Shown here one piece after another: positions 1 through 12,244 of a DNA stretch of 64,000 bases (position 1 is the stretch's first letter; each line of letters begins with the position of its first letter). A program made the translations under genes and the position numbers. The notes under the pieces are model-generated. The model had not been told where the DNA came from and did no database searches. It saw only the letters and a list, made by a program, of their open reading frames with translations. Source of the DNA: Eremomyces bilateralis CBS 781.70 (lineage: Eukaryota); NCBI GenBank assembly GCA_010015585.1, contig ML975152.1; one strand, 5' to 3'.

Positions 1-220
1 ATCACGACGATCTTCTTCTTTTCCACATAGTCGATTATAATGGGCCGGAAGAGCAAGTCTTCTCCCTCCTACTATGAATATTCTGGCCCAGTCACGTAAA
101 GGAAGGATGAAAGGGACCGATAGGGGCAAGCAGACGGCTTTTCTAAGCATTCGATATCTACAGTACGACAAATGGGACCCCTCTAGAATCTGCTGAAGCA
201 AGTGATTGTATTGAGCGCAT

Positions 221-557
221 CGCCTCGCCTCGCCTCGTTCCTCGATCAAGGCATCGCATTTCGCAGTATCACGTGTTGCTAGTCCCGTTTAGTCGTATGC
301 TACCAATCTTTCATCGTCGTAGTCCGTATTTTCTGGTTCTGACCCAGATTCTATAGGATTCAATGACCTTAGCCACCGTGGTATTGGTCACTATATAGTA
401 TACAGGACTACGGATGGTATATTTAACTATGGTTCGCGCAGGCCTCGCGAGGCGGATTAGTATGTAATTGAGTCGAGGCGAGGCGAGGCGCTTAGTCATC
501 CCTCGCGACGCCTCGCGAGTTGTACATAAGATTACATAAGCCTGGGTATATATACCC
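221..557. repeat. Inverted-repeat/palindrome cluster, possibly the terminus of a degenerate DNA transposon
   Basis: Perfect 17-bp inverted repeat CGCCTCGCCTCGCCTCG (221-237) / CGAGGCGAGGCGAGGCG (474-490). Palindromes GCCTCGCGAGGC (442-453) and GGGTATATATACCC (544-557). Interior is TA-rich. Confidence 0.4.
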
Positions 558-1527
558 GTCAAGGTAAACTATGTACTTCTGACCGAATACAAGCATCTCA
601 CTGCCTCTGAACAGGTATCCTATTGTTTCCGTGATTGATTGACACGCCAAAACGATCAACAATTTGTATCACCTAATTACGGAAACTACCAATTCACTTA
701 TGACTTACCACTTACATTCCATTTATCAACACTAGGCTTCTACTCATGGCTATAATGACCTTGTCTATTTGTACCGCAATGCGAACCATCCCGGGAACCA
801 TCGCCGGATGTGGCAGTGAGGCCGAGAAATCTGCAGATTTGTCGTCAGCACGTGCCTTATGGAGAACAGTCAAAAAGGCCACACACTATCCATACCAAGG
901 CTCCTTGGCTGGTCCTCCCACCCCAGCCCCGCAAAGCAATGTTTATTACTCGGTTGCGAATCCCGGAGGTCGAGCCATGAACGAGATGACTCGGCCACTC
1001 TGGTCGGTCCTAGGCTCCTAGGCTCCATCCTCGACAAATGAAAATTGCAAGGTGAAACAAGACCGTTCAATCGTCGGATCGTCAGATCGTCACTTGGTAA
1101 TTGGTAGTTGCTGTATGTTCAATGTTGGCATGTTGATCGTCGACTCCTTCCCCCGGCTATCCATCTGGCCGAGATTTCCATTTCCGCATACCGGTACCGA
1201 GAGACGGGACTCATAATTCAACACCCGACTACCATCGCCCATAAAGCTCACAACCAGGTATTGGGACTTTGGGAGTCTTTAATTTACTAGCTTCTGGTCA
1301 TCAGCGCTTGGAAATCCTAGTCGACGACATCGGACATATAGCGAATAATATGGTGGGCCTTATAAACTGCCTGTCTGTCTGTACTCTATTCAAACCGAAC
1401 ATTTCACAATGGCGGCAGTTCACATCCTTCCCGATCATGAATTCATGTGATGGCAGTATGGCAGGAATCAGTATGCTGTGTAGGGTCTGGCACCAATTCC
1501 CCGCATCATGCAAGCTACAGCCTACAG

Positions 1528-1660
1528 CGTATCCGTGCCCCATGACCGCCCCACAACCTCCGGTTGTTGGTGCTCCCACACCAAAAGTCAAACCCACACC
1601 AAAAGTCAAACCCACGCCAAAAGTCAAACCCACGCCAAAAGTCCAATTTTACCATCATCT
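1528..1660 (+). repeat. Left TIR including 4 tandem 18-bp repeats CCCACRCCAAAAGTCMAA (1575-1646)
   Basis: Aligns with the reverse complement of 3380-3487; the tandem repeats are read directly. Confidence 0.9.
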
Positions 1661-1680
1661 TCAAATCTATACCACCAAAC

Positions 1681-3374
1681 ATGTCTAAACGCGTCAAATA
1701 TTCAGAGCAGACTATACAGAAAGCACTCAAGAAGGCTACAGAGCTAAAAAAAAAAAAGCAGGAAAATCGGTTAACGTTTCAGCGTTAGCGCGTGAGTTCC
1801 AAATCAGCCGGCCTGTCCTTCGAGGCCGCCTTGAAGGAAAAACATCCTATACCAAACGTTCTCCGTTCGTACAAGCGACTAAACTCGATCAGCTACAAGA
1901 AAAGGCTCTCCTAGCTTGGATCCATCAGCTTGATGAGTGGGGAGCGCCTCCTACGGCTACAGAAATCGAAGCGTGCGCCAACTCTATACTCCGAAGAAAC
2001 GCCCTCGATACAACGCAGCCACCTCACGTTAGTAAGAACTGGAAATATAAATTTATCAAGCGCCACACCCTTCCGCTTATCGACCAAAAACCAGTCAAAG
2101 ACGACCGCCTACGCGCTGAGGATCTTGGACATATACAGTATTGGTTTCAACTCCTTCAGGAGCAGATTCAAGAGCATGGAATCGAGGCACGGAATATATA
2201 TAATTTCGACGAAAGTGGCTTCCGCCTTGGTGAAGGGAAGCGGCAAAAAGTGGTTAGTTTCCGACCGGGGCCAAAACGAGGCAATCCTAGTACGGAGTTA
2301 GGCGAATCGGTTACGGATATCGAGTGTGTCGCTGCTGATGGTTTCGTTCTTCCGCCATACTTTATCTTAAAGGGCGAGAACCATCTTGAACGATGGTACG
2401 AAGGCCAGATTCCAGACGATTACTGTATCAACATCTCTAAGTCTAGGTGGTCAAACGACCTTATTGCCTTCGATTGGATCCAGCATTTCCATCGGTATAC
2501 AAGACACCTGGCTAAGAAGGGGAAACGACTGCTCTTGATGGATAACCACGCTTCGCATCTTACCCATGAGTTCATTCAATTCTGCGAAAAAGTTGATATT
2601 ATTCTTTTCCCATTTCCTCCGCATACGACCCATTTCCTTCAGCCGCTCGATGGGAAGCCGTTTCTTGCGTTAAAACACTACTTCCGGCAGACAAATACGC
2701 ATATCTCACGGTGGGGATTCGACGCAGCGGACAAGGCCTCATTCCTTACGGAAATGCCCCAGATCCGCCAAAACGCCTTCAAATCGCGTACGATTCGACA
2801 CGCTTTTAAAGAGAGGGGCCTTTGGCCATGCGATCCTGAGCAGATTTTGCCAACCCTTCGGCAACAGGTTGACCAAGAGGCAGAGGAGCTTCAGATATTC
2901 AATGGCTCGCCTCCACCGTCAAGTATTACGGCAACACCGAGCGCATCTCCACCAAATACTATTCGTACGGTACGCCGGAAACAACAGAAGATCATAAATA
3001 CGCCTGAGGCCCTACTTTCTAGCCGGAAATACCAACATCGCGTTCGCCAAGCTACAAACTCATTGATCAAGGCGGTCGAAGAGATCGAGGCGTATAAGGG
3101 GTCCGTTTCAGCCACACAACGCCAGCAAACCAAAAAGAGTCGCCGCCAGGTTAAAACAGGACTTAGCCAGACCGGTGCTTCGTACGTTAGTGAGGCGAAA
3201 CGCCATATCGAGGCGCGTGGTCAGAAGGAGCGGGAGGCGGTAATTAGGAAGGCACAGCGGGACTGGCGGCAGGAAAAACAACAGGAAAATCAGCAGGAAC
3301 CATCTCCTGCACTCGGTCAACCTACTAGTACGGAGGATCTCGGTTTTTTTATCGATTTACATCCTGAGTTCTGA
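1681..3374 (+). pseudogene. Fot1-like transposase (~564 aa if the frame is restored), frameshifted at A12 run 1746-1757
   Basis: MSKRVKYSEQTIQKAL... then the -1 frame reads AGKSVNVSALAREFQISRPVLRGRL (HTH), QEKALLAWIHQLDEWGAPP (CENP-B-like HTH), NIYNFDESGF, LLLMDNHASH and HFLQPLD (DD35D spacing). No internal stops from 1758 to 3374. Confidence 0.85.
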
Positions 3375-3379
3375 TATAT

Positions 3380-3487
3380 AGATGATGGTAGTGAAATTGG
3401 ACTTTTGGCGTGGGTTTGACTTTTGGTGTGGGAGCACCAACAACCGGAGGTTGTGCCGTTGTGGGGCGGTCATGGGGCACGGATACG
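3380..3487 (-). repeat. Right TIR with 2 copies of the 18-bp repeat and an extra 8 bp
   Basis: Reverse complement aligns to 1528-1660 with an 8-bp insertion (GGCACAAC) and two fewer repeat units. Confidence 0.9.
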
Positions 3488-3922
3488 GAAATGCCATTCC
3501 CCATTCCCCACAATCCACAGTGTGCAATTCCACAACAATTACGATTTAAGTACGTCGTACGCCAACTCCGCGTTTCCTCCACAAGTCTGGCGTCTGCCCC
3601 ACCCCTGGTCTAGCTGCAAGCCCTCCGCCTTGTCCACCTCTCCTCGGCGCCATGCATTTGCTCTGTATGGTTGCCCTTGAGCGACCGTCAAGCCTCACCA
3701 AGGGTCATGACTACCGTCGAGCGCTCCCGAACTTTGGACAGACCGAACCCAAGGAGCCGAGGGCAGGGGTGCATCGAATTAATTTGAGAAGGAGACTTTT
3801 CAAATAGAGCTCGGGATCCTCAAACTTCCCAGGTTTGGTAATTTCCTTTTTTCGCGCACCGCAATTGGGAAGCGCTTGTTTTTCTCATCTTCATCCATCG
3901 CTATCATCGTGTCACAGCAAAT

Positions 3923-5559
3923 ATGGCTGACAAGGAACACGTCGCGGAGGAAAAGGTGTCCGTCCAAGATGGTCCCGTCGAGAAAACTTGGGGGACCGCC
4001 CATGATGCCGCTGAGAGAGGCCATGCAGCAACAGACATGTATGCATGATTTTCCCTTTCAGTCGTTGTGTCGTTAACCCCCGTGATAGCTACGGGAATGC
4101 GCTCGTCCAATTTGACCCCAAAGCAGAGGCAAAGTTGCGAAGGAAGATCGACTTGATGATTGTACCTACCGTGGCATTATTGTATCTCTTCTGCTTTATT
4201 GATCGGGCCAATGTTGGTGAGTACTATTGATACATAAATACTTGTCCTAGTTTAACCCACTTCATAGGTAATGCAAGATTGGCAGGTCTCGAAAGGGATC
4301 TCAAGCTCAAAGGCTATGACTATAACACCGTGCTCTCGGTGTTTTACATCTCATATATTATATTTGAGATCCCCTCCAACATGGCCTGCAAGTACTTCGG
4401 ACCTGGCAAATATATCCCGGCGATCACGCTCGCCTTTGGCATCGTCTCCGTGGGCACTGCATTCTGCCACAATCTTGCGGCCGTCTGCGGCGTCCGCTTC
4501 CTCCTTGGTATCTTCGAAGCAGGGATGCTCCCAGGTATCGCATACTATATGTCCAGATGGTACCGGAGGACCGAATTGGCATTCCGTCTCTCCCTCTACA
4601 TCGTCATGGCTCCGCTAGCGGGCGCCTTTGGTGGACTTCTGGCGTCCGCTATCCTCACTCTGGACCATTTCGGTTCGTTGAAAGAATGGAGGATGATCTT
4701 CGCCATCGAAGGGATCATCACATGTGGCCTGGCCTTGATCGGGTTCATCACCTTAACTGATCGACCGGAGACGGCCCGTTGGCTGTCGCAGGAGGAGAAG
4801 GACCTTGCCATTGCTCGTGTCAAGTCCGAGCGAGTCGGCACCACGGAGGTTCTCGAGAAGCTGGACACCAAGAAACTCATCAAAGGCATTTTCAGTCCCG
4901 TGACGATCGGGACCTCGTTTATCTTCCTTCTCAACAACATCACCGTGCAAGGTCTCGCATTCTTCGCGCCCACGATCGTGCGCACCATCTACCCCGACGC
5001 CAGCGTGGTCACGCAGCAGCTGCGTACCGTCCCTCCGTACGTGGTCGGAGCGTTCTTCACCCTCGCGCTCCCCTTCATCAGCACGAAGACTGATAACCGC
5101 ACCTATCCGATGGCTGCGGGATCCCCGTTGGTGATGATCGGATACATCATGTTCCTTGCCAGCAACGTAGCGCAAGTGCGGTACGGCGCGACGTTCATCA
5201 TCGCGAGCGGTGCCTTCGCCTTGGGCGCTCTGTGCAATGCACAGGTCGCGGCCAACGTCGTTTCCGACACGGCACGCTCGGCCGCTATCGGCACGAACGT
5301 CATGTTCGGGAACATCGGAGGGTTGATCTCGACGTGGTCGTTCTTGCCGTCCGATGCACCGAACTACAAGATCGGGAACGGACTGAATTTGGCGACGTCG
5401 TCGACCATTTTGCTCTGCACGGTCGGGCTGATGGTCTGGATGCTGGCGGATAATAAGATCAGGGCGAAGCTGGAGGTGGACAAGGAACTGGAAGGCCTCA
5501 CTCAGCGTCAAATCCAGGACTTGGATTGGAAGCATCCTGGTTTCAGATGGAGGATCTAG
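3923..5559 (+). CDS. MFS transporter, anion:cation symporter (Dal5/Tna1-like) family; 3 exons
   Basis: ATG 3923, GT-AG introns 4039-4088 and 4217-4267. Motifs LRRKIDLMIVP, FIDRANVGNARLAGL, FEIPSN, RFLLGIFEAG, WRMIFAIEG; many TM segments. Confidence 0.9.
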
Positions 5560-6109
5560 TGGTGGTCAACCCGTCACGGAAGGCTTATTTACCTGGTTTC
5601 CTGTGTATTGTGATAGTGCTGTATCAGCTACTCGAATGTTTGCATATTCATTTATAATATCATTTCGAGTTTCAAAGTTTCGTCCGACTGTTGAGCGCGA
5701 GCGGATCCATTCTATTCGATTTTCAAGTCAGTGGATCCACTTTACGACCGGCGTCATCAAATCTGCTCTAGTGTCTCCATCGCGGCCATCCCCCACACTT
5801 CCCCGCAAAGTCGCTATGTTTCGGTACGTATTATTATGGCGGAGCCAGCGATCCGAGGTGGTGGAAATGGATGTTTAGTATATTGAGCGACGTCCCAATG
5901 GCCATGGCTCTTATTATTTTACCTAAATGTAAAGAACGGCAAGAAAATCGTCTTTTCGTCCGATAGGATTGCATAGCTTCCCACTTTGTTCTCCGCCCAA
6001 AGGCGTGTATCAAGGACATCCTTCATCGATTACTTCCTCCAAGGACACCCTTCATCGATTATTTCCTCCCATAGGCCTGATCGACTGATTATCAGTCAAC
6101 TCAGACACA

Positions 6110-8432
6110 ATGGTGTTACTCCCTGCCCTGGCAACTGCCGCAGGTGCCACCGTCGCCGCTCGTTGGCTGGACAAGAGGTATGCCATCTCCACGGACCTGG
6201 AGCAAATACGTGGCATGCGTCAGATGCGAGACTTCTACATGAAGCTAGCTAGCGAACATGGAGATGATGATTGGTCGTTCTACCACGTGCTCCATTCTAC
6301 TTATGGTACAAACGATCTGAAAGAGGCGTTCGTCTTTGAAGACCGAAGCTGGACGTATGGGGAACTGCGTGGGGAAATCGGCCGGTTGGCGGAGACGTTC
6401 AGGAGTATAGGGATCGGGAACCGGACGGTGGTGGGAATGTATGTCAACAATAGCGTCGAGTTCATCGTCTCGTGGTTCGCGTTGTACAAACTCGGGGTAC
6501 GCCATCCAAGATCGTGGTCGTTTCGGCAGCTCACATCTCTAGGCTATACCTGCTCCGGTCAATACCGCCGTCACTCGGGACCCGTTCCGCCACTGCCTCA
6601 CGATTAGCGCTGCCGAATATTTCATTACCACATATGAGCTGTGGGATGCTGCGGCTCGATCATTGGGCCTTGCCGATGAAGCCGACGTCGGTCGACTTCC
6701 CGGACTGAAGTCGGTCATCATATACGATTACGACAGCTATCCCAAGTCGACCACGGTGCCTCTCATCAACGCAGATGCTGTCTTAGCTCAGAGCACTTTG
6801 CCGCCCTTTGTCCCTTCAATGGCAGACTTTCCAAAACAAGACAGGCCCAAGATCGGGCAGGGGGATGCGTCCTGCTACCTATTCACCTCGGGGACAACTG
6901 GCATGCCCAAGGCAGCAGTTTGTAAGACAGTCAAGAATCTTCGCGGTTCCATCGCAGAACAGAGACTGACATAATTATAGGGCCGGCGGCCTATAGCCTT
7001 ATGACGTTGGCTAACAAGCGTTGGCCGTATATGCATGACGAGCCTCGCAGGTTCTATATCTGTATGCCTATGTTTCACGGGAGCGCGGCGTAAGTATTTC
7101 CGGTCTCAATGTATTGCAAGTCTTGACGGATTCTTTAGGTTTGCATGTCTTCCCGGGACTTTTGCCAATTCTGGCACCGTTATCCTTGCGAGACGCTTCT
7201 CAGTGAGTAGGTTCTGGCACGACTGCCGCCACTACAACGCCAATTCGGTTTTGTATATCGGTGAAATGATCCGATATCTTGTGCAAGCCCCGCCAGACCC
7301 CCATTTCCCCGACCCTAAGACTATGCACAATGTCAAAATTTGTTATGGCCTCGGACTCTCGCCTCATGCCTGGAAGACTTTACGCGAGAAATTCGGGATC
7401 CCTTGGATCATTGAATACTATAGTGCTTCGGAAGCACCCACATCGATATTGAATTCGAACAAGTCGAATGACGAGGGCGTAGGCTACGTAGCCAGATGGG
7501 GCCCGCTGATGCGCAGTAAATGGTTTGGGCAAGACGGGTTGTATATCCTGAAGACCGATCCTGAGATGACCGAGCCCATACGAAACAAGGCAGGCTTCTG
7601 CGTCCAAGCCGATCTCGGCGAAAAAGGCGAAGCCATTGCTCGAATTGAGTCGCCTTTGAGACGGAGCCATGATTATGTCGGAGAAAGCGGTGAAGAAGCC
7701 ACAAGGAAGAAAATGCTTCATGATGTCTTCAAAAAGGGAGACCTCTTCGTCCGGCTCGGGGACTCGCTTTCAATCGTATTAACCCTAGTTCTTTCTTCGC
7801 AATGGACCATGTGGCTGACTGAGTACAGAACAAGCGTGGTTGGGTCAAGTTCCATGACCGGTTAGGTGACACCTTCCGCGCGAAAGGCCACAATATCTCC
7901 ACGACGGAGGTGGAGATTGCATTCACCAAGCATCCCAGGGTTCTGGGTGCGAACGTCTACGCCATTCCCATGAACGAGTTCGGGTATGAAGGGCAACTAG
8001 GCTGTGCGGCGATCAGCCTCAAATCCTCAGGTGCAGACCCAACTGGTACCGACGAGGCAACTCTGCTCGCCGAACTGGAGCAGTGGCTGGTTGAAAAGGG
8101 AGGGCTGCCGACGTACGGAGTACCTCGTTTCGTCCGAGTGATCGTCGACGAGGGCGAAGCCACCACCCACGATGAAGGACGGCGCAAAGGGGATATCCCC
8201 GGGGCAGAGAGAGTTTCGATTATTATGAAAAAGCTGAAGACCGGACTTAGACGAGAAGGTAAGTAGAACAGCGGTTCAATTGTGTGCTTTACTAATGTGT
8301 CTCATTTCAGGTTTCAATATGCCACCAAGATGCAACGATCGGATGTATTTCATCGATCGGGAGGGGAATGGGTTCAAACCATTGACCGAGGAGATGAAGC
8401 AGTTACTCCTGAGCGGCAAGGCGAAGCTGTAG
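6110..8432 (+). CDS. Fatty-acid transport protein / very-long-chain acyl-CoA synthetase-like (FAT1/CefD1-like), multi-exon, C-terminal PTS1 AKL
   Basis: AMP-binding motif YLFTSGTTGMPKAA. FATP motifs FSVSRFWHDCR, YIGEMIRYL, DVFKKGDLF, DRLGDTFRAKGHNISTTEVE. Last exon from 8311 ends ...LLSGKAKL* (TAG 8430-8432). Confidence 0.85.
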
Positions 8433-9104
8433 TGATCTTTGATCCACTTGGCCTCGTGGGCCGGGCTAGGCTGCTATGTTATTAGTCCATAGTGAAAAAA
8501 GTAGACTAACCATCGCTCACAACGTGGCGGCCTCTGTATTGCTTGACGGTGGAATTGGTTGATCTTGTTCATGTTGTTCATCATCATGAGTGAAATCTGA
8601 AAGGTCATATATGTTCACGTGATGATATGGGGAGGTGCCTCCGGGGGGAAAGAAATTGAGTTACCTTTCTTGGCATTCCCCTAAGCACAGTTCCCACGAT
8701 CTTAACCAGAACGCGGTGGAGAATTCACCAAAACAGGCCTCTAATAGTTGCTTAATTAGGAAAAGAGTATACTTTTTGGTATTATGTTGTTTTTGAGCGA
8801 ATTGGGCCTGCCTGTGATGGTGGTGATGGTTGGGGGAATGCCAAGAGACGTAACTCAATTTCGTCCCCCCCGGAGGCAGTACTGGTACTGGTACAGGTAT
8901 GGTAAGACAACAAGGCAACAAGGCAAGAACTTTGGATCCTCCGATTGACAAGCCGTGTATTTGCACTTATGGCACTTATGGACCGCCGGACATGATGACC
9001 ATCTTCAATTTGATTTACCAAATGCTCGTGATAAAACGAAGCATGACTCAAGCGCAATTCTAAAAAATCCACGAACACAGGACCATTGCCTCACACCACA
9101 AGCC

Positions 9105-10587
9105 ATGTCTACGCCAGACTCAATATCAGACCCCCCAAAGCAGGTTCCTGTGACTGCAGGAACCCCAAGCTCCCAAGCTCCAAAGCCATCAACACCAGCA
9201 GAGTCGTCGAAACTGAGCAATGCGGAACTGAAGAAGCAACAGAAGGCCGAGAAGGCCGCGAGAAGACTACAGAAAAAGGGGGATCAAGGACCAAGCAACG
9301 GACAACCAACCACCCCGGCCCAGAAAGCGCAAACCAAACCAGAAAAGCACGCGAAACCGACGCAACCGCGCAATCAACCAGCCCCTCCCACACTCAAGCC
9401 TCCAGGGAAAGCCACGGCGACCAGACGAGGCTCGTCGTCCGTGCCGAATGTCATCGATAGCGAGGTGAAGAATGTGGCGCTCTTCAAGCACCTCTACAGC
9501 GTCCCCCGGCGGCAGCGGATCGAAGGCGCGTCGAAAGACGTGCATCCGGCTGTGGTGGCGCTAGGACTGCAGATGAGCAACTACCGAATATGCGGGAGCA
9601 ATGCCCGCTGCATCGCGATGCTGTTGGCGTTCAAGGAAGTACGTATGTCCAACACGGTGGCGAGGCGGAGACTAACGGGGATCTCAGGTCATTGAATCGT
9701 ACACGACTCCCGGTGGCACGTCCCTGGCGCGCCATCTCACCTCCCACCACCTCTCCCCGCAGATCGACTATCTCAAATCCTGCCGCCCCCTCAGCATTAG
9801 CATGGGCAATGCGATCCGCTACCTCAAAGAACTGATCATCAAGATCGACCCCGCCGTCCCGGAGCACGACGCCAAAGCCACCCTCCTCGACGCCATCGAC
9901 GCCTTCATATCCGAGCGCATCACCGTCGCCGGCACCATTATCGCGCAGACCGCGTCCACGAAAATCGTCTCCGGCGACGTGGTGGTCACCTACGCCAAAT
10001 CCAGCATCGTCATGCAAACCCTTCTCACGGCCCATCGGGCGGGTACCGCATTCCGCGTTGTCGTCGTAGACAGCAGCCCCCTTTTCGAAGGCAAGCGCCT
10101 CGCTTCCGTCCTCGCGTCACACGGGCTGTCCGTCTCCTACTCGCTGATCGCCGGCGCATCGCACGCGGTCACGGGGGCGACGAAGGTATTTTTAGGGGCG
10201 CACGCGATAATGAGTAACGGACGGCTATATTCGCGGGTGGGGACGGCGGTGGTGGCGATGCTGGCATACGAGCGGGACATCCCGGTCATCGTGTGCTGCG
10301 AGAGCGTGAAGTTCACGGAGCGAGTGGCGTTGGATAGCATCGTGGGGAATGAACTGGCGCCGGCGGAGGAGCTGTTGGCGGCGGGGTTGTCGGTGGAAGG
10401 GAAGGAGGGGTCGAAGGGGGTGGAGGACATGTTGAAGAAATGGAGGGAGACGCCGGGGCTGCAGGCGTTGAATGTGTTGTATGATGTGACGCCAGCGGAT
10501 TATATCAAGATGGTGGTCACCGAGTTCGGCAGCTTGCCGCCCAGTTCGGTACCAGCTGTTCTTCGCAATCTGAGCGGGAATGGTTGA
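9105..10587 (+). CDS. GCD2: Translation initiation factor eIF2B delta subunit; 2 exons
   Basis: Low-complexity N-terminus, VHPAVVALGLQMSNYRICGSNARCIAML, intron 9639-9687, and IF-2B domain (VFLGAHAIMSNGRLYSRVGTA, VCCESVKFTERVALDSIV, LYDVTP). Confidence 0.93.
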
Positions 10588-10967
10588 AAGATTATAACGT
10601 TAAATTTAATTTAGAGAGTTTGAGCGAGTGATCTACACCATCAAGTTCCAGTGCGATACGGTCGACATTGTGAATGAATGATATGTAAATTAATTAACAT
10701 CCACTGCTAGTAAACGTCTATGGTCCATCTTGATATGGTCCAATCCTTGCGATTCCTTGATCGGTAGTAGCCAACCTCTAAAGCGAATGGACAACGGAAT
10801 GGCGCAACTTGACCAGAACAATACCCTCCATGCGTGATATCTCCAACGCTGCACACCTGCCAGCCCTAGGCTATCAAAACATGTTTATCGCCAGGCAACG
10901 CGAAGACGAACTGGCTATGCAAGACCCAGCAGATAGGATCCGAACGGCCGAAAAAAATATACGGCAT

Positions 10968-12244
10968 CTATTGCATCGGCTCAGATTTCGGTGCTTCACC
11001 CTCCTCCACCTTGGCAGCAGTGGTCTCTGGTTGCGGCGTGACGGACTCGCTTTCCTTCACATCCTTCACATCCTTCACCTCCTTCACCTCCTCGGTTTGT
11101 GCATCCTCCCCTCCACGGAGGTAGAACTCGCTCTCACCGATCTTCTTCCCACGAGTCTCCCACCGCTCTCGCTGCTCCTTTCTCCTCGTCTCACACAGCG
11201 CGGTCAGGGCCGGCCAATATGCCGCGTGGTCATATTCGAACGCTACATCCCCCTTGAGATCGGTCGGCAATTGCTCTTTCGGGATGTAGGCAGGTATGTC
11301 GGGGCCGAAGATCATCTTGGTCTTGGTCACCGGGTCGATGAAGGGGGAGACGAGCTTGAAAAAGGTGGTGATGTACCAGGGCACTGAATGATCAGTTACG
11401 GATTCTTCAGTGGTCACAAGGAAGACTTACGGTCGTTGACCAGCGCTTTCCCAAGACGTTCCGGATAATGTCCCTGAAGGATCCGCAGCACCTCTCGTCC
11501 TTGGCCGACGCTGGAACCGCCGCCAGGGGGGGTACCCTTGAAGTTCACCAAGAGCGCCAACGTCTCTTGTCCGGGCGGCATCAGGTCGACCACACGCTCG
11601 AGCATGTAGACGAGCGCGTGCAATTGCCGGTCACTCCGCGCGGTGTTCTGGCGGCCGGGATTCAGGTGCAAGCACGGACGACCTTCGTTGTCGAAGCCAA
11701 AGATCATTTCCTTTCCGGTCTCCATTTCGGGGGAGATGTAGTCGGCGGTGAACGGCAGGCCGTACTCGCGGCGCCAGGTGAGGGTCGCCAGCAGCCGCTT
11801 CGGGGTTTCGGTGACGTTCCATTTGGTTGCGCGCAGGTATCGGAGCAGACATTCCTTGGTGAGGAACATCCGGTCTTCATCGGTAATGGGCTCTTTGGGA
11901 GCATTGCGACCTGATGATTTGGGCACTTCCGTCCATTCGGAGACCACCTTGAGGATCTGTTCATATTTTGTTGTTTGCTCGGGGGTGAGTTCGTGGTGCG
12001 GTGCGGGTTTGCTCGACGGCGTGGGAACGGGAAAAAGGACCTTGACTAAAGACGGTAGCTCTTCTTTGGCTGCCTCCTCTTCTTGCTTGGTAGCTGCCGG
12101 TTCTTCAGCCGCCGTGGATTTATCTCCTGTGGAAGTTGTCGTGTGGTCGGCGGGTGGACCGGCCTCCTGTGGCTTCTCTACAATGGCCAAATCTGCCACT
12201 CCACTACTGAGTTGCTCCGGTTCTGTCACAGCTGCGGTCGCCAT
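10968..12244 (-). CDS. Sec14-like CRAL-TRIO phosphatidylinositol transfer protein (Pdr16/Pdr17-like)
   Basis: FLTKECLLRYLRATKW, ETGKEMIFGFDNEGRP, ILQGHYPERLGKAL, FFKLVSPFIDPVTKTKM; intron 11384-11430. Confidence 0.9.

Larger units (their letters stand above)
1528..3487 (+). mobile_element. Fot1/pogo-family (Tc1/mariner superfamily) DNA transposon with long TIRs
   Basis: Terminal inverted repeats beginning CGTATCCGTGCCCCATGACCGCCCCACAAC (1528) with the reverse complement ending at 3487. They enclose a DDE_1-type transposase. Confidence 0.93.

Noticed and set aside
746..1500. Short ORFs between the repeat cluster and the transposon
   Set aside because: No recognisable motifs, codon bias or consistent splice model.
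1575..1646. 18-bp tandem repeats as a CRISPR-like array or PKVKPT-repeat protein
   Set aside because: No spacers and a eukaryotic context; the repeats are mirrored in the right TIR.
4753..5535. 260-aa antisense ORF
   Set aside because: Shadow of the MFS transporter coding strand.
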